Origin: Zygnema circumcarinatum SAG 698-1b
Lineage: Eukaryota > Plantae > Zygnematophyceae
NCBI GenBank assembly: GCA_037447605.1
Contig: CM074822.1
Coordinates: 581,492 to 645,491 of the forward strand
Reading direction: 5' to 3'
Length of the DNA stretch: 64,000 nucleotides
Shown: positions 1-9,515 of the stretch, piece after piece
Layout of the letters: every line of letters begins with the position of its first letter
Numbering within the stretch: position 1 is the first letter of the stretch
Notes under the pieces: model-generated
Database searches by the model: none
Told to the model about the DNA's origin: nothing
What the model saw: only the letters and a program-made list of their open reading frames with translations
Program-made: the position numbers and the translations under genes

Positions 1-2085
1 AAGGGAAACCCTAATTCAGTCAAAGGCATAGTGCAGATGCTTATGAATGGAAGGGGAACCCTAATTCAGTCAAAGGCATAGTACAGGTGCTTAGGAATGG
101 AAGGGGAACCCTAATTCAGTCAAAGGCATAGTACAGATGCTTATGTGCTTAGGATAGTGGTGCTTAGGGGAAGGGGAACCCTAATTCAGTCAAAGGCATA
201 GTACAGATGCTTATGAATGGAAGGGGAACCCTAATTCAGTCAAAGGCATAGTACAGGTGCTTAGGAATGGAAGGGGAACCCTAATTCAGTCAAAGGCATA
301 GTACTTATGAAGGGGAACCCTAATTCAGTCAAAGGCATAGTACAGGTGCTTAGGAATGGAAGGGGAACCCTAATTCAGTCAAAGGCATAGTACAGATGCT
401 TATGAATGGAAGGGAAACCCTAATTCAGTCAAAGGCATAGTACAGATGCTTATGAATGGAAGGGGAACCCTAATTCAGTCAAAGGCATAGTACAGATGCT
501 TATGAATGGAAGGGGAACCCTAATTCAGTCAAAGGCATAGTACAGATGCTTATGAATGGAAGGGGAACCCTAATTCAGTCAAAGGCATAGTACAGGTGCT
601 TATGGAAGGGGAACCCTAATTCAGTCAAAGGCATATGGAAGGGGGGGACCCTAATTCAGTCAAAGGCATAGTACAGGTGCTTAGGAATGGAAGGGGAACC
701 CTAATTCAGTCAAAGGCATAGTACAGATGCTTATGAATGGAAGGGGAACCCTAATTCAGTCTTATATGAAGGGAAGGGGAACCCTAATTCAGGCATAGTA
801 CAGGTGCTTAGGAATGGAAGGGGAACCCTAATTCAGTCAAAGGCATAGTACAGATGCTTATGAATGGAAGGGGAACCCTAATTCAGTCAAAGGCATAGTA
901 CAGGTGCTTATGAATGGAAGGGGAACCCTAATTCAGTCAAAGGCATAGTACAGGTGCTTAGGAATGGAAGGGGAACCCTAATTCAGTCAAAGGCATAGTA
1001 CAGATGCTTATGAATGGAAGGGGAACCCTAATTCAGTCAAAGGCATAGTACAGATGCTTATGAATGGAAGGGGAACCCTAATTCAGTCAAAGGCATAGTA
1101 CAGGTGCTTAGGAATGGAAGGGGACAGGTGCTTAGGAATGGAAGGGGAACCCTAATTCAGTCAAAGGCATAGTACAGATGCTTATGAATGGAAGGGGAAC
1201 CCTAATTCAGTCAAAGGCATAGTACAGGTGCTTAGGAATGGAAGGGGAACCCTAATTCAGTCAAAGGCATAGTACAGATGCTTATGAATGGAAGGGGAAC
1301 CCTAATTCAGTCAAAGGCATAGTACAGGTGCTTAGGAATGGAAGGGGAACCCTAATTCAGTCAAAGGCATAGTACAGATGCTTATGAATGGAAGGGGAAC
1401 CCTAATTCAGTCAAAGGCATAGTACAGATGCTTATGAATGGAAGGGGAACCCTAATTCAGTCAAAGGCATAGTACAGATGCTTATGAATGGAAGGGGAAC
1501 CCTAATTCAGTCAAAGGCCTAATTCAGTCAAAGGCATAGTACAGATGCTTATGAATGGAAGGGGAACCCTAATTCAGTCAAAGGCATAGTACAGATGCTT
1601 ATGAATGGAAGGGGAACCCTAATTCAGTCAGGTGCTTAGGAATGGAAGGCATAGTACAGATGCTTATGAATGGAAGGGGAACCCTAATTCAGTCAAAGGC
1701 ATAGTACAGGTGCTTAGGAATGGAAGGGGAACCCTAATTCAGTCAAAGGCATAGTACAGGTGTTTAGGAATGGAAGGGGAACCCTAATTTAGTCAAAGGC
1801 ATAGTACAGGTGCTTAGGAATGGAAGGGGAACCCTAATTCAGTCAAAGGCATAGTACAAGGCATAGTACAGATGCTTATGAATGGAAGGGGAACCCTAAT
1901 TCAGTCAAAGGCATAGTACAGGTGCTTAGGAATGGAAGGGGAACCCTAATTCAGTCAAAGGCATAGTACAGATGCTTATGAATGGAAGGGGAACCCTAAT
2001 TCAGTCAAAGGCATAGTACAGGTGCTTAGGAATGGAAGGAGAACCCTAATTCAGTCAAAGGCATAGTACAGATGCTTATGAATAA
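1..2085. repeat. Tandem satellite/minisatellite, 50-bp unit (about 40 copies, truncated by window start)
   Basis: Unit AAGGGGAACCCTAATTCAGTCAAAGGCATAGTACAG(A/G)TGCTTA(T/G)GAATGG recurs with 50-bp period (e.g. 51, 101). It lies after the GT donor at 2154 of the minus-strand NAC gene, so it is probably intronic. Confidence 0.95.
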
Positions 2086-2154
2086 TTCAGTCAAGGGTAG
2101 GTAGGCTTGTCCAATCTAGACAAAGGCAAATAGAAAAGACAGAATTTGATGTAC

Positions 2155-3020
2155 CTTCTTTAGGAGAAGAGGACCCCCCCCCATCATCTCCCCCTCTCCA
2201 TTCGCTCTTTTCAAAATAGGAGAAGGACCTTTTGTGACCAATAAGGTTTTTATCCTGGTCGTATACTTCCATTGCAATTCCTTGCTGCTTCCAACGGCCA
2301 CCAGGAGTGATCCGTGACCTTCTCCCACAATTACCTTTCTCCTTGGGAGCTTCGTGAAAGAAGAAGAAAACACTTCTCGATTTGTCGTCGTCCTTCATCA
2401 ACGACTGCTGTACCCCTGCACTTGGCAGCCATGGCGAACATCTTCACAAGGTCAGCCATGTGCTTGAGGTACAAAAGTAACAATACCGAGGACTCTTCTT
2501 CACACTTGATGAATGGTGCAAGGTTTTGAATACGGAACCCTAAGAAAGATTGGCAGACATATCTGCGTAGTCCTTTTCTGTAGCTAGTAGAAGCTCTGTA
2601 TTTGAATCTTCATCAAATGCGAGAAGGTAGATTGCGCATGCCATTGCAACAGTACGGTCAATAGGGCCGATAACAAAGGATGGAGATAGAGTTGATCATA
2701 CCACTGAGCTCCCATGGATGGCACCTGTACACGTTCTCATTAGATTGTATCCAGGGGGGAAGCTCAGCGCCTTCAGCTAACACGTTCTCGAGCATCATAC
2801 AAGAACTTTGATCATCCATGCCCAAAGCCTGCAGCTCACAAATTTAAAGTCAACCATTCAACATTGATCAAAAACTTGCCGGAGGAAAGAGGAACAGGCC
2901 GCTCCCGCTCCCGCTCCCGCTCCCGCTCCCGCTCCCGCTCCCGCTCCCGCTCCCGCTCCCGCTCCCGCTCCCGCTCCCGCTCCCGCTCCCGCTCCCGCTC
3001 CCGCTCCCGCTCCCGCTCCC

Positions 3021-3073
<53 letters not shown>

Positions 3074-3165
3074 CGCTCCCGCTCCCGCTCCCGCTCCCGC
3101 TCCCGCTCCCGCTCCCGCTCCCGCTCCCGCTCCCGCTCCCGCTCCCGCTCCCGCTCCCTCTCCCT

Positions 3166-3197
<32 letters not shown>

Positions 3198-3913
3198 CCA
3201 CCCTTCCCCCACTCTCTCTCGAAGCTGATGTTCTTTTGGGGAGACTAACTCTTCATACCTCTTGAAGGGCCTTTGGAGATGTCGCCGACCGCGGATGCAA
3301 ACCGCGAGCAGCTGCTTCTAGCGCGTGTCTTTTCCCGCAGTAGTCATGAACTTTTCCATTCAGTTCGACGAATTTGTGCTGAACACATTCCGGAATGTTA
3401 CACTTCTTGGAGGCGTCAACTCGTTCTAGGGAAGCCCTTTCTCGATGGAGCAGGACATGACTGAAACTGCAGAAGTCGTGCTGACGCCCTTCACAATGCG
3501 CATAACATGCAGAGAGTACACATGAAGTTTAATTCATTCGGGAATCCACTTGTTCCAGAATCGGTAGAGTTGCCCCCTTATCCCTAAACAGGTCCAATCT
3601 TGATGCAGGCTTCATGTGCCAGTTGAGTATTGCATTGCTATAATCAAGTATCCTATAGATTTTTGCAAGGTATTCCATACAAGAAACAGCTAACAAGCTC
3701 CCAAAAATCTTGTGATGGATGCCAAACTATTCGAATTCTGAGGCCAACTTATCCAGATTAGGGTTATGACTCACCGCCTTCCTCAACAAATGCTGTTCTG
3801 CTGCACGTGCTCAGCCGACAGACAGAAAGTATCTGAGAGCTCCCACTGAGCGGTTTATCGATTCCATGGTTGCTCCCCCCTTCCTCTGCATGCGCAGCCT
3901 CCCTGGCTTCCAT
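2155..3913 (-). CDS. NAC-domain protein with two N-terminal C-x4-C-x12-HD[FY]-C-x3-H repeats; 3' end continues beyond the satellite/window
   Basis: Manual splicing: exons 3913-3775, 3488-3259, 2828-2702, 2415-2155, all GT-AG and phase-compatible (1,0,1), with no stops. NAC motifs: ENVYRCHPWELS|G with the phase-1 intron typical of NAC genes, VFFFF, RRSRITPGGRWKQQG, NLIGHKRSFSYFE. Confidence 0.75.
2899..3198. repeat. (GCTCCC)n hexamer microsatellite with an internal (GCTCCT)n block and a (CT)n tail
   Basis: Direct reading; lies in intron 2 of the NAC gene. Confidence 0.95.
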
Positions 3914-4129
3914 GACGGCCTTTTTAGGGTTTCGGAACCTCCCGGTGCAGGGCTGCCCGCCCATGCACGCCCTTGCAGGACGCCGGGCCGCTCCGGTCCT
4001 CGGAAACAATGGCTTCTGAACGGACACATGCTCTCAGTTCGCATGATTCTCCAATTAAAACGGTTCCATGTATGCATGATGTCATACGCCTTTCCATGGA
4101 GTCATTTGAACGCTTTCAGTTACTCTTTC

Positions 4130-4360
4130 TAGATTCGATCCTCCAGTTATAAACCACCACGTGGCAGCGTTTTGACCGCGTGCTTTTCCAGACGGTGCAA
4201 GGTGGCATGTCTATATGACGTCAATGCAGTTATATGACGTCACTTTACTACATGTGACGAAAGTCATCTGAAGCATGCAATTCGTGTTTTTTTGAATCTA
4301 ATCCTCCAATATTAAACCGCCACGTGGACAAGTGTCACCACGTGGTGCCCGTTCGGATCG
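4130..4360. promoter_or_regulatory. G-box/ACGT-core cluster upstream of the NAC gene
   Basis: Several CCACGTGG and TGACGTCA motifs about 200-450 bp upstream of the ATG at 3913. Confidence 0.4.
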
Positions 4361-4964
4361 ACCCAGACGGAAGGTCAACCGTTCACGCACGATCCAAAAC
4401 AGTGGACCCGCTTGGTGAGTGGGCCGTACAATGATCGATGACCGTACACCTTCATACTATTTTGTCCGCATTTGTCTGCTCAGCTGACCGCACGTCCACC
4501 GTTCGTTGGTGTCCGTACATGTCATACCGTACGGATCGGCGCCCACTAGGCGCCGAAATTTCTGCCGAGGTTTGTCGACTGCCACAATGGCCCTGAGGTG
4601 TCATGCGTTCATTGGGCCTCGTGGCGCCGCCCACCGACACCGAATCTCGGGAAGGTTTTGGAAGGTAGGGAAGGGAACGGTCGGGGGTGCCGTTAGCGGA
4701 CCGTTGAACGGTCAGTCGGACCGTTGGACGGGAAGCGTCTTGTGTAACGGAACTGATCGCATGGAACGGTTGTGCTGTTAACAATAGCTGGGAAGCGCAA
4801 GCTTTGGTGCAGCCGAGCCCAAACGACTTCAATTAAAAAAAAAAAAAAAAAAAAATTAAAAATTAGGAATTGGGGTAAGCTGCAATTTAGGATCATCGAT
4901 TTTGTATGAGACATAGGTTAAGGTAGAAGAAGGAGTTTAAATTGATCTCACTATGTAAGGAGAG

Positions 4965-5222
4965 CCTTGGGGGGTGGTAGAGATTCGACCCATCGAGCCT
5001 CGCGAGCCTAAGAAGGTGAAGGCGGAGAAAGAGAGGGAGGAGAGGGAGAGGGAGAGGGAGAGGGAGAGGGAGAGGGAGAGGGAGAGGGAGAGAGAGAGGG
5101 AGAGGGAGAGGGAGAGGGAGAGGGAGAGGGAGAGGGAGAGGGAGGGAGAGGGAGAGGGAGAGAGGGAGAGGGAGAGGGAGAGGGAGAGGGAGAGGGAGAG
5201 GGAGAGGGAGAGGGAGTGGGAG
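4965..5222 (+). repeat. Inverted partial copy of the 5951-6724 ORF with an expanded (GAGAGG)n tract
   Basis: About 63 bp (CTTGGGGGGTGGTAGAGATTCGACC...GGCGGAGA) identical to the reverse complement of about 6262-6324; encodes [20 protein letters not shown]. Confidence 0.85.
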
Positions 5223-5950
5223 TCTTCAAGCCTTTCCCTCGCAGTTCGCTTTGTTGCATTCGAATTAATAAAAAGAGCGATTGAGAACGAAAGAATTTTC
5301 CTCGTTCAACAGCAACTGTTAAAGAAGCATCTCATCTCATGACATCCCATGAAAAGAAAGACGCAAAGGCGTGCATGTTTAACAACAAGATGGATCATCG
5401 ATTCGTGTTGTGTATGCAATCCCAATTGAATTTTGAGTAAAAAAATAATAATGATGATTCCACAGCTTGTCGTTCACTGCCTACTTCTATTCTAGTACTA
5501 GTGTACAGGTTAAGGTCGGTCTCCGTCATCTCATCTCAAAACTAAGTTCCTAAACGTCGCCAAACTCCTTACACTAACTCTAAACCAAACCAGCTTTTGT
5601 ACAAACCCCTCCCCCCCTGCTCGATAATCAAATTCTATGCAACTACAAAAAAGAATGGGACCCTCTCTCTGATCTCAAAGTAAAGCAGAGAACCTAAAAT
5701 CTGAAGAAGTAAGTTGGCGACTTCAATCTTAACCTAAACTCATCGATGCTTCTTCCTACTCAAGCTTGAAGCTGCCTGCTGCTGCAGCTGCTATCTGCGC
5801 ATTAAACCCTTAGGAACAAGCTGCATTCCAGCTACATTAATCCGTCTGAACCCATCTCCTTTAAAAGCTTCTTTTTTACAGAACCCTAAAAACTTTTAAA
5901 CTAACTTTCAAACTTCTCCTTTTCTCCTTCTCTCCTTCTCTCCTAAACTG

Positions 5951-6724
5951 TCAGCAAGTAACAGAGAACTGCGAGTTTCTGTTCGACGAAATCATTGAAG
6001 GGAGCTGCTGATGAGTGAGTCCACATCTTTGCGACGAAGCTCCCATTTTCGAGCTCCCAACACTCAAAACCGTGTAACCTTTCACCTCCTTCAAGAACAC
6101 CTTTGGAGTAGGAGGGATCCCTCTCTTGCTGACAGGCACTTGAGGAGGAAGCCCTCGAAGCAGGCGGCTCTTTTCAAGGGGAGGAGACCGAGCAAGCTCG
6201 CTCCGCTCGTTCACTGCCCCCCTCTCCCTCTCCATCTCCCTCTCCCACTCCTCCCTCTCTCTCTCCGCCTTCACCTTCTTAGGCTCGCGAGGCTCGATGG
6301 GTCGAATCTCTACCACCCCCCAAGTCACCCTCTTCTTTGCTCTCCGTCTCCCGCTCAGCTCCGAAGCCAAGGCGGATCGCAGACAGCCTCTGGCACCCGG
6401 AAAGGTCCGCGTCCGCCATGAATCCCTCTCCCACTGCGCCTCCCTGCCCTCCTCCTCCGCCTTCAGATCCATGGCGGCCTGGGCCTGCATGTCCGCCGGG
6501 TCCCTCAGTCCTTCAATTGCCACGCGCCACTTGTCATTCATCTCCGCCACCAGCCACTCCATGCGGTCCATCTCCACCGGCAGCGCCACGGGGATGAACT
6601 CGTCCTCCATGTCCTCTGCGACCTCTTGGGCCTCCACCGCCTCCGCCTCCACACACTTCCCCATCCGCCATAGCCACTCGGCTCTCATGCTCTCTTCCGG
6701 CCCCTCTCCTCTGTATGGCGCCAT
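5951..6724 (-). CDS. Orphan acidic/coiled-coil-like ORF of unknown function (possibly TE-derived or spliced)
   Basis: 257-aa ATG-initiated ORF that is not low-complexity, preceded by a CT-rich leader; no recognisable domain. Confidence 0.35.
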   Translation of the reverse strand: MAPYRGEGPEESMRAEWLWRMGKCVEAEAVEAQEVAEDMEDEFIPVALPVEMDRMEWLVAEMNDKWRVAIEGLRDPADMQAQAAMDLKAEEEGREAQWERDSWRTRTFPGARGCLRSALASELSGRRRAKKRVTWGVVEIRPIEPREPKKVKAEREREEWEREMERERGAVNERSELARSPPLEKSRLLRGLPPQVPVSKRGIPPTPKVFLKEVKGYTVLSVGSSKMGASSQRCGLTHQQLPSMISSNRNSQFSVTC

Positions 6725-8539
6725 AATTCCCTCTCCCTCTCTCTCTCTTCTTCTTCTTCTCTCTCTCTCTCAGTCTCTCTCTCTCTCTCTCCCTCTGTCT
6801 CTCTCTCTCTCGCTCCCTCTCTGTCTGTCTCTCTGTCTCTCTCCCTCTCTATTCCTCTCGCCTTTTCGAGCTCGTCGTCAACCTGAGAGAGTCTTCCCTT
6901 CCGAGGCCCCTAATATGGTGGCGGAACCCGTACGGATTCGTACAATTTCCGACTGTACGAACAGCCAAACGGATGTCGGCGGCCTCAAGCCTGTCCCTCG
7001 AGTCCCCTCCTCAGAGGGGACGTACGAACCGTACGGCATGTACGGTTCGGCCGGCTCGGCGCGCGGAATAGGTGGCACGAGCCGGGCGGTTTGACCGAGT
7101 CAATAGGCTCTGGAAAACGACAAAACTGGGGCCGAAATGGGCCGGAATGAGCAGCCGGAAAATGACAAAACTGGTCGGCGGAGGGTCGCTCCCATTGGCC
7201 CAGAGGGGCGTACGAACGGCGGCGGGGGGCCGAACTTTGACCGGTATTCGGCGGCTCCGGGTTTTGCGGGAGGAAGAGGTAGGGTTGGGGTGACGTCAAT
7301 TAGGTTTCTGGTGACGTTAGTTAGGAGGCGGTTCAAGATTTGGGACGTTATAGCAGAATCTTTTGGGGAACGGTAGGGTGTACGGCGTTTTGTCTTTTAT
7401 AGCATGCGGGGTAGATTTCTGTACGAATGAGTTGTCTTTTAGAGACTGGAAGCTCCCTCGGTTGTACGAACTGTTGTAGGCCGTTCAATCATAAGACGCA
7501 TAAAACGATTATTGGGATAGCTGGAGCGGAGCGTATTTTCCACGTGGATCAATGGGTGGCGAGCTTGAGTCGCGCAATTGGATTCTGGATTTTTCTAATT
7601 GGATTTCTGTACAGTCACTTTTGAACACGTGTATTGGTACCGTACGGTCCATCGCTGCCGAATTCGCAGATTTCGTAGAGTCATGCTTGAACACGTGTAT
7701 TGGTACTGTACGAACCACCGCCGTCGGATTCTCCGTACCTTATACTGTAGATTGATGTCGGTTGTCGTTAGCGTTAAAGCATGCCCTGTCGTCCGTACGG
7801 ACATTTCTGTCTGTAGCGCAAGGAAGCGCACGCGTGTTTGTCGTATAAGGGAAAGAATTGGCTTTCGATGAAGCTGCAACTGGCAGTCACTGACAGTCCA
7901 GATTCGGTCCTTTGTTCCTTACGAAGATTTTCCAGAAAATCAGCGAATGGGAACACGCCACGTAAGTGGTGTAATGACGTGGCGAGCAGCCATTGGTGTA
8001 TGCTTCTCCATCGTAGACAATTTTAACTGTCGCGAATCGGGTCGGTGCCGGGATTCGGACTAAGAGCATCCTCGGAGCGAACTAAAAATCTGGAAGGGTC
8101 AGAAAGGACAGGAACAGTATCCCGAGCGGTCAGAAAGATTCGCTCCACAAGAAAGATTTGCGTCTCGGGCACCAGCCTGGCTCGCTCTCATTCGTCTAGC
8201 TGTCATCGGATTTTTTTTCACCTGCCCAAGAATTCTGTCCGAAAACAATCCGGAGCGAACTAAATATCTCCGGAAAGCTCCCCTTCCAGCACGCGCAGAA
8301 AATATCAGAAATTTTAGATTTTTGTGACCCACGTGGCGGCCGCCGGATAGAGGATTTCCACTGACTTTCACGAAATTTCACGATTTTTGAAGCGCGCTGA
8401 TTGGCTTTCAGGAAAAAGTCCAGATTCTTCCGAATCTGTAGCTGTCTCAAGATTCGCCTCGGGATCGAATTCCGGGCGGACACATTTTCGGAGCGAACTA
8501 AAAACAAAAATATCTCGTCGACAAGCGGGAGAATCGGGA

Positions 8540-9230
8540 CAGGAGGGAATCTAATCTGTGGTTCGGATCGAAGGGATATTTACGCCCAATCATGGTATGC
8601 CATGTCAGGATTTGTGTACACGTGGAGTTTCACTATTGGGACACGTGGTTTTGCGTGTGTCCCTAATGGATCTCGCCCTAAAGATCTTGTCAAGTGGTTG
8701 GATATTTGTTGCCATTGAGCAATGTCTGGTCGAGAACAATTGACGGCCGGCGGCCGCTTGTAGACCCGAGTCGTGTTGTTGTTGTTGTTTTTGGGCCTAG
8801 AAGCAAGTTTCATTCATGGCTTCATACTTTCGTCCATAAGTCAATGTTTGTACCCATTCCTCGTGGTTCCTTCCCCATATTGTGGTTGTTAGCCATGTTG
8901 TCCATTTCATGCAATCACCATTGCGGGATCAATGCAGGAAAGTATGGTTCATTTCTCCATCCTTTCGTCCATCGGTCAATGTGTGATCAATTTATCGTGG
9001 TCCTTATCCCATGTTGTTGATGCTGTTCATGCACATGCGAGACCAATGCCAATCCTATTCTCCTAGGTCCTCTGTGACCAATTCCTCGTGGTTCCTTCCC
9101 CATGCTGTTGTTGTTGTTCATGCTACAGAACATGCCATCGCCATCGCGAGATCAAGGGATGTGATGCATGGGGGCCTGGTGGGGTGGGGGCCGTACAGCA
9201 TGGGGCCCCCATGCCTCCCCATGAGCCCTC
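8540..9230. repeat. Dispersed repeat family copy (unclassified, probably decayed TE)
   Basis: Shares TCCTCGTGGTT and GCCATCG(C/T)GAGATCAA motifs with about 12400-13110 and 38440-38560. Confidence 0.45.
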
Positions 9231-9441
9231 GTGACGATGTCATGCATGCATAGCCCCATGGTCGCATGGGCGCAAAAAAATAGGGCTACGCTCGTTAGGG
9301 TTAGCTCAGGAAAGGCAGCTCAGGAAGAACTGTTTTCGTTCTTTTCTTTTGTTTTTGTTGTTAAAGAGTTTCTAATCTCCGGCGCAAGAGTTTCCTGCAA
9401 CGTGCAGACAGGAGGAGGAGGAGGAGGAGGAGGAGGAGGAG

Positions 9442-9513
<72 letters not shown>

Positions 9514-9515
9514 GC

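Noticed and set aside
1-2085. Regular repeat array resembling CRISPR
   Set aside because: Units are contiguous and near-identical with no unique spacers; eukaryotic context and no cas genes.
2087-2154. In-frame ...CLDWTS after the NAC exon, resembling the NAC TDW motif
   Set aside because: It follows a good GT donor at 2154 and hits a stop at the satellite edge; most likely intron read-through.
2702-2770. Apparent LPPG-like frameshift suggesting a NAC pseudogene
   Set aside because: Recounting the six-G run shows the exon is open (AELPPWIQSNENVY); there is no frameshift.
2836-3265. RS-, GS- and ER-repeat ORFs (SR-protein-like)
   Set aside because: Translations of the intronic (GCTCCC)n microsatellite.
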